43,452 nt of DNA from a virus (taxonomy: Duplodnaviria > Heunggongvirae > Uroviricota > Caudoviricetes). Each line of letters opens with the position of its first letter. Position 1 is the first letter of the stretch. The DNA is taken from positions 1 through 43,452 of IMG/VR virus record IMGVR_UViG_3300042348_001111. One strand, given 5' to 3'. The notes below the pieces were generated by a model. The model was not told the DNA's origin and searched no databases. It saw only the letters and a program-made list of their open reading frames with translations. Positions 21,434 through 31,816 of the stretch are shown in pieces. Made by a program: the position numbers and the translations under genes.

Positions 21434-24361
21434 TTAGTCGTTATAGTTGTCTAGCCAGTTTGTCTGACCACCTGTTTGACGTTTATTAGTAGCTTCTTTA
21501 AAATTAAGATAGCTTGCATTTTGTTTTACACGATCGCCATAATTTCCACGTCTATTCCATTTACTTGGCAAGTGTGACCAAATATCGCGTTTTTGATTAT
21601 CTGTTAACTGCTGATTATATCTTACACCTAACAATGCAACAGTTCCTATTGCTGCTTTTTCCGGATCCATAAAATCCATGTTTGATGTAATACCTAAAGA
21701 CTTTAGAACCTGTTTTTCATCTTCATTCAAATAGTTCCATCGTATTTGTGTCAAACCAACACTTCTAGACTCTTCGTTTGCACCATAAGTAGTAGCTTTT
21801 GACTTGTAGTCTGGCGAACTTGAGTTTTTAGAATCTATAAATTTAGCACTAGCTCTTGCAATATTTCCAACAGCACTGTGAGTATCTCCAAAATTAGATT
21901 CTGTACCATAAATGCCAAATGCCATTTGCGCAAGTTCATTATATACATCTGAAGGAATTTTTGCATTTTTCATAATGCTTTGTTTGTTTTTTACTAAAGC
22001 ATTGTAAAAAGGTTTTGTTGTTTGCTGATATTCTTTTTCATCATTTAAATCATTCCAAGAAAATACTTTTTCTTTAAATTTCTTTTCATCAAAAACAGCT
22101 TTTATAGGACTATATGAAAGTGTATTAACACTTTGATTTGCTCCTTGCCCTTTTTGTACTTTTCCTGCAGCATCAACGTAACTATTGTATTTGGCGCGAT
22201 TTTGAGCAGATACCTTAAGAACAGGTTTTCCATCTACAATCTGAAAACGATTTCCTTCATCTTCAGGTAAAACATAAACAGGTGTCTCAATGTCTACATG
22301 CTTTTGTAAATCTTTTAAATCAAAACATTTTCCATTAATGCAACCATAGCTCATTCTGTTATCTTCCACATTATCATTGTCAAATCTTGACCTTCTTCCT
22401 GTAGGTGTTCCGTGAATAGTAGTTGAAACCTCTATGCCACTGTCGTTTTTCAAATTAAAAGACGGAAGGCCATAATATGCCTTACTTGCGGGATCAATGT
22501 TTGAGATAGTGTATGCACCAGCTCCTGTTGATTTGTTGCCAGCACTCCAATCAGCTTTACCATTAACTACTTTTGTTACAGTTTGAGCATCTCCAGGATT
22601 TGCACCTACACCCACTTCATAGGTTTTCACAACCTTATCTCCTTTATAGACTTTCATTTGTGCGTTTTTCTTGTCTACAACAAGATATGTTTGTTCAGGT
22701 TTGTCGCTATAAAATCCTGTTATTAGTTGCTCATCAGGTAAATTGTTAAGCATGTCAAGATTTTTCTTTTTTTCACTCCAATCAACATATTCAGTACTAC
22801 CTGTTTGCGCATTGTTTACAGATGAACCTTGAGGAATGACAAGTTTTTGGTCAATGCCTATAATGTTTGGATTCTTTATGTTGTTGGCCTGAACAATTTT
22901 GTTGACTGTAGTTTTGTTTTCAGCGGCAATTTTGCTCAAAGTATCACCTTTTTTTACAGTATAAGTGGCGCCACCTTCATCATAATTATTTAACCAGTTC
23001 TTTGCTTCATTAAGCGTAGGAAGATCAATTTTTGTAAAAGGACTATCTTGCATCTCCATATACTTACGGAGAGTTTGTAAGTTTGACTTTACAACAGGTG
23101 CTAATGCACTTTTTGCAAGACCTGCTGAAAAACCTCCTACTACAGATTCTACTGCGGGAACATAGTCTACGTTGCCGGCAGCAGGTGGACCAAAAAGTTG
23201 GTCAACCTTCTGTCTGTTTTCCTTTGTGTTCTCGTACTTGTCAAGCCACTCTCCACCATTCTGCTTACGCTTATGCTGATAAGAGATTCTTTCACTTGAA
23301 GTTTTAGAACGCTTAAACTTTTCTTTTTCTGCACTGCTTAGTTCAGACGTTGTTTTGGGTGTGTCTTCTGAAATGCGTTTTGAAGGTCTGCATGCAGGAT
23401 AACCCGCGCGCTTTTCACCTTCTTGTCTTCCACACTCTTTACCTGTTTTGACATCTACCCATTTTTCAGCAAACCATCTATCTAAGCCACCATGCTTACC
23501 ACCACTTTGTTTTTTAACTAACTTTGTTTTAGCTAACTCAAGTATTTGATTGTAGTCACCACCTGCATTTTCCCAATTGTCTTCAACAAATTTTGTAAAA
23601 GTGTTGTTGTCTACGCCATAAGTTTTTGCAGCGTCATAAAGTCCTGGCAAGTTAAAACTACGTGCATACCATTTTGAGTCAGGTTTTTCACCACTTGACA
23701 TAATTTGTTTGCCTACCTGAGTAGCAATAGACTCACCTGTTCCAAAATTTGCACCTTTAACCAGTCTGACAAAAGGTATCAGTCTATCTTCTAATGCATT
23801 AATACTATATTTTGTAGGATTTTCTTGAAGTGCATTTATACCAGCATCTCCAATCCATCCCAAAGGAACTTTTGCAAACTCACTTAGTGCTGTCCAAGGT
23901 CTTCCTTGATTCAGCGCTTTGGCACCCATCATAACACTTCCGTATGGTATTTGATCAATAACTGTCTCTGTGGAAACATTTTTAAAAAAAGGAAATATGT
24001 CAGTAGGATTTTCTGCTTTTTGTTTTGCAATACGTTTTTGAGAAACAATCCTAGTGTTGTCTACTATTGGCGCAGATTGTGACAAAGCTCTTTGTCTAAG
24101 ATCTTCCATAGTAAACTGGCCACCACGTTGCATCATAGGTGTTTCTACAACATAATCGCCTGGAAAAAAATACTCTCCCCCAGGCATCATAAACATTTCA
24201 TTACCCAAGTTATCAACACCTTTCACAGGAAAGTCAACATCCTGCATGGTTATTCTACCAGAAGGAATAACATTTAGTGGCCTGTTAACATCAGGACTAT
24301 TGCGCTTATACCCTTGAGTGGATATAAACTTCATAAGTACATCCTTGCTATTTTTCATCAC
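21434..24361 (-). CDS. Modular virion-associated peptidoglycan-active protein: LysM + YkuD-type L,D-transpeptidase + lysozyme/SLT-like domain, with N-terminal small modules
   Basis: Lys[31 protein letters not shown] (~22832-22966). YkuD-like [24 protein letters not shown] (~22270-22690). C-terminal [24 protein letters not shown]. The likely start is the ATG at 24358, overlapping the upstream TGA. Confidence 0.8.
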   Translation of the reverse strand: MMKNSKDVLMKFISTQGYKRNSPDVNRPLNVIPSGRITMQDVDFPVKGVDNLGNEMFMMPGGEYFFPGDYVVETPMMQRGGQFTMEDLRQRALSQSAPIVDNTRIVSQKRIAKQKAENPTDIFPFFKNVSTETVIDQIPYGSVMMGAKALNQGRPWTALSEFAKVPLGWIGDAGINALQENPTKYSINALEDRLIPFVRLVKGANFGTGESIATQVGKQIMSSGEKPDSKWYARSFNLPGLYDAAKTYGVDNNTFTKFVEDNWENAGGDYNQILELAKTKLVKKQSGGKHGGLDRWFAEKWVDVKTGKECGRQEGEKRAGYPACRPSKRISEDTPKTTSELSSAEKEKFKRSKTSSERISYQHKRKQNGGEWLDKYENTKENRQKVDQLFGPPAAGNVDYVPAVESVVGGFSAGLAKSALAPVVKSNLQTLRKYMEMQDSPFTKIDLPTLNEAKNWLNNYDEGGATYTVKKGDTLSKIAAENKTTVNKIVQANNIKNPNIIGIDQKLVIPQGSSVNNAQTGSTEYVDWSEKKKNLDMLNNLPDEQLITGFYSDKPEQTYLVVDKKNAQMKVYKGDKVVKTYEVGVGANPGDAQTVTKVVNGKADWSAGNKSTGAGAYTISNIDPASKAYYGLPSFNLKNDSGIEVSTTIHGTPTGRRSRFDNDNVEDNRMSYGCINGKCFDLKDLQKHVDIETPVYVLPEDEGNRFQIVDGKPVLKVSAQNRAKYNSYVDAAGKVQKGQGANQSVNTLSYSPIKAVFDEKKFKEKVFSWNDLNDEKEYQQTTKPFYNALVKNKQSIMKNAKIPSDVYNELAQMAFGIYGTESNFGDTHSAVGNIARASAKFIDSKNSSSPDYKSKATTYGANEESRSVGLTQIRWNYLNEDEKQVLKSLGITSNMDFMDPEKAAIGTVALLGVRYNQQLTDNQKRDIWSHLPSKWNRRGNYGDRVKQNASYLNFKEATNKRQTGGQTNWLDNYND

Positions 24362-27300
24362 CTTGAGCTGTTGATGTGCTTGCTATTTGTGAGTTTTAAT
24401 ACCATCTTTTTGTCACCACTGACGTTTTTGCGCAGGATGATATTGTTGCCATAGTGACGAAACTTCTTACGTTCAAGTGGTGACTTAAAGTAATCAATGT
24501 AGTCAGGGTTAATAATCTTCTGAACACCAGCACATTCTGTATTCCACATTGGTTCACGCGCAGTTGTAAATTCACCGCGATCTTTTGTGACATCCCAAAA
24601 CTGATTAAACCTATACTTGTTTTCTTCTTTTGAAAATAAAATCTCTATACCGCTTGTAGAAACTTGTGGATAGTTGACCAATTCTAAAGGAGCATTCTTG
24701 CCTTTAATTCTTAATTTAAGAAGTCCTGATATTTGCTCAGAGTTATACAATACAGCCCTGTCAAAATTTTCGTCAAGAATATGATGAAAATCTTTTCCGT
24801 CATTGTAAAACTTGTAAACATCCAAGGTGTATTCTACACTTCTAAGTGTGGTAACGGCATTTGGAGTTATCACAGGATATTCAATTTCCCATGCATAGTT
24901 TGTACCATAGTAGTTACAATAACTATCCCACCGGTCATTGTGCCTCCAAATAGCATTTTCTTTTATTGAAAGAAAGTGTCTGAAAGAAGGCATCAGCAAT
25001 GTTGGTTTCCAATCATGAAAACTTATCCATTGTTTGTTTTTAGGATCATAACTTATTGTCCAATGACAAGGTTTAAAAACAGCCGGATTGTCAAAACTGC
25101 AAAAAGTCTTTGTAGTAACAGGGTTGTTAGGTGAGCCTGATATTGTAACGTAATAGGGAACTCCTGATGGATCATCAAAAAGAAGATCGTTTCTCAATGG
25201 TGCATAGTCACGCTTAGTGAAATACACAATCTCATACTGTGAATCATAAATTGCCTGTACGCCAATTCCAACAACTGGATTGTCATAATATGGATACTCA
25301 GGATATACTTTTAAAAACTTGCTTGGAAGATTTTCATTAAACCAAAATTTCATACCATTGCGTGAAATCTCAGTAATTCCTCCAGCATACTGCATAATCT
25401 TACCAGACTGCTGTGAAACAAAAAATAAACCGTGAGGTGTATTGACTGCTGCTCTAGATGATATGCTACTTGCATAACCAATAGTGTCATCTGCATTGAC
25501 AAGAGCTTGCATGTTTCCTTGAAACAGACCTCCATCACCAATAGTCAGTTTGACACCACCGGTTGTCTGAAGCTGATCTACACCTACAAACATTACAGGT
25601 TCAGCATCTTCAAAAAGAATCATAGCGCCTGTAGCATTAAGATTCTTAATTGTGCTTATCTTTCCTGAGAAGTCTTTGTAGTTAAGCGCAAGATAATTTC
25701 TCCAATTATCTCGTCTAAGTCCAGACTGTTGTTGGAGGGAGTATATTCCTCTATTAGGGTAATATTCAAACTGTGTGGTGTATAATCTAGGGTCGTAGTC
25801 GCGGGGGAGTATAGAAGCCCAGGATGCAAAGTTGTTGAAAAGTTTTGATGCACTGAGAGATAAGTCATACTTAAAAAAGATTGGTTTTGTAATAAGATCA
25901 GATCTGAACATTGTGCTCAAATCATTAAAGGAGTTTCCATAAACATCGTAGAACTTTTCATAAGATTCTTGACCATAGTCGCGATACGCCATGTTCAATT
26001 CACTTTCTGTAAAGAAATCTCTTACGCCATTGTGAAACAAATACGCATAACTATTTCTTACTGTCAAAACCCCTGTTATAGAACTTGGACGATCTAAGCG
26101 ATGAAAATCACTTGGAGTATTAAGGTCAATTATTGGTGACGTAAATACACCATTTGGAAAAATGCTTATGTTAAAGTCCTGTGCATCATACTTTTCAAAA
26201 TTAACCCAATAACGTGGTGCAGGACCATTAACATAGTTGCGATAATCATACTCAGTCCTGTTTGGCATGTCATACATCCAGGTGTTAAAGAACATGTAAG
26301 GATTCTTTTCTGTGTAACGATTTATATACACATCTCCACCAAAAATTGGACCCGATGTAAATCTTTGCTCTGTTTCACTAGAAGTTAAAAACACACACGA
26401 TCCCGTAGGAAGTTGAACAACTGAGCTTAACTGACCATACTGATTTTGAAAGTCAACCTTTATAGCACCATAATATGCAACAGTAGTTGTAGTAATTTCA
26501 TTTTTTAAAGGGTCACTATAAGTGACACCACCATCTTTGATTCTGTGTTTTGTATTGTCTTGCCCGGTTACAGGATCCGACACAGTTGAAGACAGTTTTA
26601 ACGCCACATACTTGTTGCGATTAAGATTATTAATCCTGTGTGTTGCGTCAAAGTCATGTAAACCTGACCCTATGTATTTAGCAGATGATGGTATAATTTG
26701 ACGTCTAATAGACTTCTGCAATCCTCCTGGCACAGAACTATTACTCACATTAGAAAAGGTAGAGTAAAATCCATGGGAATTATACTGAAGCATGTATTGA
26801 CGTTCTTTAGAAATATTTCTTAAAACTTCCAATACCTGATCAATACCTTGACCAAAATAATAAAGACTACTTGTTGCTAAAACAGCAACACCAGCTGCAT
26901 TAACACCAATGCTAACAGGATTTTGAAATGCTCCTGCAATAATTGCAGGTAATACTGTAGCACTTCCAGACTCTGTTGAAGATGCGGTAGTTACACCTAT
27001 TCCACCAAGTTCACCTGAATAAGTTGTTTTGCCAAGAGCATTTATCAGTGCAATACCCGCTCCAACAACTGCTGCAATAGCAAAAGCACCATCTGAAAGC
27101 AAAACATGTTTTGGGTGCTTGTCAGGGAATTCATAGCGACCTGTTACTGTACCTCTCTCTTCTGTGTAAAGTTTGATATGATTTCCACCTAAGTAAGGTT
27201 TCACAAAGTTTGTTTCAACAGAGTGAAAAGAAAAAATATCTCTCTTATAGTTAGAAAGTTTTGAAGCTGACTCAATAGTGCCAGGATTAGCGGTACCGCT

Positions 27301-29013
27301 ATCCAAAACAGAATAGTCGTCTGTCAAAAAGTTATCTGGACGCAAATCATTGTAAGGATAATTCTGAATGAGACCTTTTCTTGAATTGTTACCGGCAAGA
27401 TTATACTCCAGCATGTTGTTGAACAAACCTTTTGCAACAATGGTGCGGTTGCCCTCACGCGAACCTCTCAGTATCTCATAACCAATAATGTCTGGTATTG
27501 GTTGATTATTTTCATTTACAGGATGAGCAATATTGGAAAATTCAACACCGAGAATAATAATTTTTGTACCTCCTTGGTTGTGAATGTGAATAGTTTCATT
27601 AGAAGGCATTTTGTGATGCCTAATGGGTTTACCACACAATGTGTCCCAAACAGGTTCTTTATCATCAGGATAACGTTCTGTAGACTCCCAGTATGACATA
27701 TCACCTTTGGCAATAATGACGCCTCCATCAGGTGTAGTACCAGTTGCGTTGTACTTGGTAGAAGTATCATACACCTGCCAAGCTTTATTTTGAGAAGATG
27801 TAAGCAAGTCTGGACCAGAAACAGTAGTGGTATCTACTGAATTGGAAGCACGTCCTGGAATATGAAAAGATGCAGAACGCGCACCAGTTCTGTATATCCA
27901 ACGTATAAAAAATGGGTACACTTCATCACGCATGTAACCAACTGTGTTTCCACCACCCCAATAGTAGTCAGCAGGATACTCAGCAGCTACCCATGAAGCT
28001 CTAATTTGATTTGCTAAAGGCTGATAGTTAAAATATGGTTGTGTGGTGACACCGGTTCTAATAAGGTAATCATTTACCTCAAACATTTTTTCACTCTTTT
28101 CATATACCACAGATTTAAGTGGTATCTGAGCAATGTCAATTGTAGGAAGACTTTGCAAAAATAAATCAAGTGTAACTTTGCTTTGTCGTATAGAGTAGTA
28201 TCCAATCTTTTTAGCAATAGTCTGTTGATTAATAACAGCTATTACTACAAGTTCGTACTCATCAAAATTTTGATCAAGATTTGTAACTGAAATATCAATA
28301 GAACCACCAATGCCTGAGTGATCCCAAATAGCTTGTGGATTACTAGGAATAGAATAGTCTGTAAGACGTACTCCATTTTCAGAATAAGCTACACATGCAA
28401 TGTAACTACCATTGTTTAGCTGACCTGCACCCTGTGCTTTACTAACCTTCACACAAGGTTGTGTAACCAAAGGATGAAGTCTTAACGCGTCACAATCTAA
28501 CTCTTCTGAATAGAGTGGCTCATAACAATTAGGATCAGAATTTGCATCTCCTATTACTTTATATGGCACCCTGTCAAGATTCAGAACACGATCAGGGTTT
28601 AAATTGTCTGCAAAATATACAGAATCAGTGCCGTCATAGTTGCCTTTGACTACTGCAGATATTAGGTGTGTTTTTTTAAAACCCAAACATGGGTCGTTCA
28701 CTACAAGAGTGTAAGTACAGTTGCTCTCATCAAAGATGCCTATTTCTGAAGCAGTGTCATTACCAGATAAAATTACCCACCGCGTCTGAGAAATATGCGC
28801 AAAGCCAAGGATTGTGTAAGGAACTGTAACGCAAATCTGGTTAGAAGGTTCATTTCCAATAGAACCCGACTCTCCATAATGAGAATTGTTAATAGCATTT
28901 ACAGCATTAAGCCAAACTCCTTCTGACATATAAATGTCAGTATAGTCTTTGACCATGCCTTTGTGAAAGCTATTGGTCTCAGTTACACTGCTTTTGCTAA
29001 AATTTTCGCTCAT
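24358..29013 (-). CDS. Muzzle / tail stabilisation protein (P22 gp10-like, crAss-like), 1551 aa
   Basis: Beta-propeller-like N- and C-terminal regions ([14 protein letters not shown]; [20 protein letters not shown]; [12 protein letters not shown]), plus size and position after the ring genes. Confidence 0.8.
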   Translation of the reverse strand: MSENFSKSSVTETNSFHKGMVKDYTDIYMSEGVWLNAVNAINNSHYGESGSIGNEPSNQICVTVPYTILGFAHISQTRWVILSGNDTASEIGIFDESNCTYTLVVNDPCLGFKKTHLISAVVKGNYDGTDSVYFADNLNPDRVLNLDRVPYKVIGDANSDPNCYEPLYSEELDCDALRLHPLVTQPCVKVSKAQGAGQLNNGSYIACVAYSENGVRLTDYSIPSNPQAIWDHSGIGGSIDISVTNLDQNFDEYELVVIAVINQQTIAKKIGYYSIRQSKVTLDLFLQSLPTIDIAQIPLKSVVYEKSEKMFEVNDYLIRTGVTTQPYFNYQPLANQIRASWVAAEYPADYYWGGGNTVGYMRDEVYPFFIRWIYRTGARSASFHIPGRASNSVDTTTVSGPDLLTSSQNKAWQVYDTSTKYNATGTTPDGGVIIAKGDMSYWESTERYPDDKEPVWDTLCGKPIRHHKMPSNETIHIHNQGGTKIIILGVEFSNIAHPVNENNQPIPDIIGYEILRGSREGNRTIVAKGLFNNMLEYNLAGNNSRKGLIQNYPYNDLRPDNFLTDDYSVLDSGTANPGTIESASKLSNYKRDIFSFHSVETNFVKPYLGGNHIKLYTEERGTVTGRYEFPDKHPKHVLLSDGAFAIAAVVGAGIALINALGKTTYSGELGGIGVTTASSTESGSATVLPAIIAGAFQNPVSIGVNAAGVAVLATSSLYYFGQGIDQVLEVLRNISKERQYMLQYNSHGFYSTFSNVSNSSVPGGLQKSIRRQIIPSSAKYIGSGLHDFDATHRINNLNRNKYVALKLSSTVSDPVTGQDNTKHRIKDGGVTYSDPLKNEITTTTVAYYGAIKVDFQNQYGQLSSVVQLPTGSCVFLTSSETEQRFTSGPIFGGDVYINRYTEKNPYMFFNTWMYDMPNRTEYDYRNYVNGPAPRYWVNFEKYDAQDFNISIFPNGVFTSPIIDLNTPSDFHRLDRPSSITGVLTVRNSYAYLFHNGVRDFFTESELNMAYRDYGQESYEKFYDVYGNSFNDLSTMFRSDLITKPIFFKYDLSLSASKLFNNFASWASILPRDYDPRLYTTQFEYYPNRGIYSLQQQSGLRRDNWRNYLALNYKDFSGKISTIKNLNATGAMILFEDAEPVMFVGVDQLQTTGGVKLTIGDGGLFQGNMQALVNADDTIGYASSISSRAAVNTPHGLFFVSQQSGKIMQYAGGITEISRNGMKFWFNENLPSKFLKVYPEYPYYDNPVVGIGVQAIYDSQYEIVYFTKRDYAPLRNDLLFDDPSGVPYYVTISGSPNNPVTTKTFCSFDNPAVFKPCHWTISYDPKNKQWISFHDWKPTLLMPSFRHFLSIKENAIWRHNDRWDSYCNYYGTNYAWEIEYPVITPNAVTTLRSVEYTLDVYKFYNDGKDFHHILDENFDRAVLYNSEQISGLLKLRIKGKNAPLELVNYPQVSTSGIEILFSKEENKYRFNQFWDVTKDRGEFTTAREPMWNTECAGVQKIINPDYIDYFKSPLERKKFRHYGNNIILRKNVSGDKKMVLKLTNSKHINSSR

Positions 29014-29384
29014 TGTTCTTTGATGTTGTAGTTCTTAGATTTCAACACCTTGTACACCTCTTCTGTAAGATATCCTATAAGCCATGCTGTAGATTCTTCA
29101 TCTTTTATTTCAATGTCAGATGTCATCTTAACAGCAAGATGAAACACTTCGTGGGCAATAAGATTGTGAGAAAGTTGTTCTTCAACAAGGACTATGTAAT
29201 ACTCATGTCCTTTGGAAGTAAACAACTCAAAAACAACACCATCTGCGTCCATGACATCTATCATGCCGCTGCACTTCTTATCAAGTTCAATCTGCATGTC
29301 TTCCATGTTTTTTACTACACATAGCATTGCATGCCTGCTATAAATTGAAACAGGTATCTTGCGTTTAAATATCTTACTAGCCAT
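29010..29384 (-). CDS. Small HExxH zincin-like protein (124 aa)
   Basis: IAHEVFH followed by DEESTAWLIGYL. ATGA overlap with the muzzle gene. Confidence 0.6.
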   Translation of the reverse strand: MASKIFKRKIPVSIYSRHAMLCVVKNMEDMQIELDKKCSGMIDVMDADGVVFELFTSKGHEYYIVLVEEQLSHNLIAHEVFHLAVKMTSDIEIKDEESTAWLIGYLTEEVYKVLKSKNYNIKEQ

Positions 29385-29388
29385 TGTA

Positions 29389-30483
29389 TTAACTTTTAAA
29401 CATGTTGTAGTACTTATGGTATTGAGCCTTGCGGTTCATTTCCCACACTTGCTGAAGCTCTCTAAAATCTGGAGTGTTAATAAATGACAACGCATTGTTT
29501 CTTGCAGCCCTGAGTCTTTGCTCTACTAATTGCATAAAATTTGCCACATTTTCACCACTCATGTATAAATTTTCATAAATGCGTTGCTTTAGTGCATATT
29601 CATAAAATTCATTGACAATTGGATGATCCATTACCATAAGATTTCCCTCATCGTCTTCCATTAAAGACTGATAGTTTACATAGACGACTCCTTCATCAAA
29701 ATTGGTGACCAAAAACCCATTCTTTATAACAGCTGTGTGCCAGTCATTACTATTGAGATTAATGCAGTCTGGTGATACACTTTTGGATTTCTGTATGCGC
29801 ATTGGTGTAAGCACATTGTAGGTATAACGCCTTCCTGGCGTATTGTATGCCATAATGTGATTTCCATCTTGGTCCTGTTCAATAACTGCAGAATTAACTC
29901 CTGAAAAAACAGGTCTTGACGCCATGATAATAATCTTGGCATTAGTAATGTTTACAGGAGCGTCAGATATAATTTGAAGCAACGATGTTGTTGGCGTAAG
30001 TAAATTAAAAGAAAGCAGAGTGTCATCAGGACCAATCGCCTGAACAATAAGATTCTGAGAGTCTAAACTGTGATTGATATTGTTTACGCCAGGTGTAAGA
30101 GTCTGTATAATAGTCTGCTGCTGAACCACGTTTCCAAGTGCATAAAATGCAGCTTCTTGACCCATTGCAGCACCTTCCAACAATCCTTCCGTATAAGTTT
30201 TTGTCTTATTAGGATGTTCTAAATCATGAACATTACGACCTTCGCAAAGCAGTGCAAAATTGAGCACATAAAAATCATTAGGTAGTTTACCCTTGCCTTT
30301 ATGTATTTCAATTGCTTTAGAACGCGAAAGATTAACTTTAAGACCAAGTTCATAATTTACCCTTATAGCAACTTTTAACAGTTGTTGAGCATCAATCATT
30401 CCCTCAAGGTCAAAACCACGCAAGTCAATTTTGACACTATCAAGAAGATCGTCAAAATTTCTATATTGTACCTCTGTCATCAT
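29389..30483 (-). CDS. Tail ring / head-tail adaptor protein with inserted small beta domain (364 aa)
   Basis: Segments GKGKLPNDF, FDEGVVYVNYQSLMEDDEGNLMVMDHP and YEYALKQRIYENL resemble crAss-like ring proteins; sits before the muzzle gene. Confidence 0.7.
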   Translation of the reverse strand: MMTEVQYRNFDDLLDSVKIDLRGFDLEGMIDAQQLLKVAIRVNYELGLKVNLSRSKAIEIHKGKGKLPNDFYVLNFALLCEGRNVHDLEHPNKTKTYTEGLLEGAAMGQEAAFYALGNVVQQQTIIQTLTPGVNNINHSLDSQNLIVQAIGPDDTLLSFNLLTPTTSLLQIISDAPVNITNAKIIIMASRPVFSGVNSAVIEQDQDGNHIMAYNTPGRRYTYNVLTPMRIQKSKSVSPDCINLNSNDWHTAVIKNGFLVTNFDEGVVYVNYQSLMEDDEGNLMVMDHPIVNEFYEYALKQRIYENLYMSGENVANFMQLVEQRLRAARNNALSFINTPDFRELQQVWEMNRKAQYHKYYNMFKS

Positions 30484-30495
30484 TGCTTAACTTGT

Positions 30496-31167
30496 TTATC
30501 GTGCCGAGTGTCTGTTATCTTGCTGAGTATCTTGAGGTATTTGAAGCATTACTCCAAGGTCTCTCAAAACAAGTTGTTCAATTTCTGAAAACAAAAATTC
30601 AGGAACATTGATAGTCTTATCCTGAATTGAGGTACAATCGTCAGAAGTTGTACAATTATACTTGCTAATATTACCTTCAAATACACCTTCTATACGTATT
30701 GCGTCCCACTCAAGATTTGGAAAGTAGAGATACCCATTAAGAAACCAGTAGTACTTCTTTTTGTTGTACTTAAAGGTTTTTTGGCGACTCATCTGCTCAT
30801 AAGTAGTAGGAAAAGTAGGAGTGAGTTCCTCAGAAAAATCAATAGAAGTCACTGACCTAATCAAAGGTCCATAGTAACCTTCGATCATTGCTGGAAGCTT
30901 TTCTTTGGTGCGTTTGATGTAACAGTCTGATGTAATACAATGACAATCAGATTGAGCCCGGTCAACTTCTATAAGTTCAACAAAGTCAAGCACTTGAAAT
31001 ACAGAGTTAAACTTCATAATGCGGTTCAGGTTATCCTGGCGACGCATTAAAAGTTTTGCATGCTTCATGATCAACGAATACAAAAACCTGTCGGTCATAA
31101 AAGCGTCTTGCTTTACAGCCTTTATAAGGTTGCGTATTCTAGATACAGCTTCTGATATAGTAATCAT
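30496..31167 (-). CDS. Tail ring / tubular protein (P22 gp4-like), 223 aa
   Basis: IKRTKEKLPAMIEG..IRSVTSID..KKYYWFLNGYLYF is typical of crAss-like ring proteins; synteny supports it. Confidence 0.7.
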   Translation of the reverse strand: MITISEAVSRIRNLIKAVKQDAFMTDRFLYSLIMKHAKLLMRRQDNLNRIMKFNSVFQVLDFVELIEVDRAQSDCHCITSDCYIKRTKEKLPAMIEGYYGPLIRSVTSIDFSEELTPTFPTTYEQMSRQKTFKYNKKKYYWFLNGYLYFPNLEWDAIRIEGVFEGNISKYNCTTSDDCTSIQDKTINVPEFLFSEIEQLVLRDLGVMLQIPQDTQQDNRHSAR

Positions 31168-31172
31168 TTTTC

Positions 31173-31754
31173 TTAAAATTCAAACTCGTTGTATGTATCA
31201 ACCTGCTCTTTAGCTAACTCTTGTCTATCCATGTGATATTGCAAGGAACGATAAAGACCTGCCATTTTCATGTTAGGATCTACTTGCACATACTGTTTCC
31301 ATTTTTCTGGATAGGTTTTTCCCACAGTACGCTTGAAATCTCTGGTAGGTACAAAGCCATAGAGTTCGTTATTCTTAAAACGATACTTGGTCCCATAAGT
31401 AGTAAAGAATATCTTGGCTAAATGCTGGTCACTCTCCCAATTGCGGTGCTGAATAACCTTCATGTACTCAAGTGTAGTTTTGTAATCTACATTCTTATGT
31501 TTCTTAGGGGGACAAGTTCCTATGAAAAGGTGCCCTATCTGCTCTGGAATTTCCACACCATCACGTTTCTCAATTACCATCTGCCACATGACTCCATTAA
31601 AAGTGCTGATAATCTCTTTAATTTCAGCAGCAGTTAAGTGCTTGGCAGCTGGGAGGTTTTCCCTGATAATCTTTATGAAGTCTCTGTTAAGAGTTCCTTC
31701 AGCAATTCTTCTGAAACGTGGCGCGTGGAGGTCAAGCTTTTTTGCATCTTTCAT
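31173..31754 (-). CDS. HU/IHF-like DNA-binding protein
   Basis: EIKEIISTF..VIEKRDGVEIPEQIGHLFIG follows the HU/IHF helix-then-beta-arm pattern; IHF-like genes lie in the crAss-like tail module. Confidence 0.6.
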   Translation of the reverse strand: MKDAKKLDLHAPRFRRIAEGTLNRDFIKIIRENLPAAKHLTAAEIKEIISTFNGVMWQMVIEKRDGVEIPEQIGHLFIGTCPPKKHKNVDYKTTLEYMKVIQHRNWESDQHLAKIFFTTYGTKYRFKNNELYGFVPTRDFKRTVGKTYPEKWKQYVQVDPNMKMAGLYRSLQYHMDRQELAKEQVDTYNEFEF

Positions 31755-31760
31755 AGTCGC

Positions 31761-31778
31761 CTTACAATAAGAATTTAC
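31761..31778 (-). promoter_or_regulatory. Candidate phage promoter/operator motif GTAAATTCTTATTGTAAG (copy 2)
   Basis: Intergenic, ends 6 nt upstream of the ATG at 31754. Confidence 0.45.
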
Positions 31779-31816
31779 GCAATAAAATGGACATTTTGTG
31801 CATGTTGGTGCATAAA

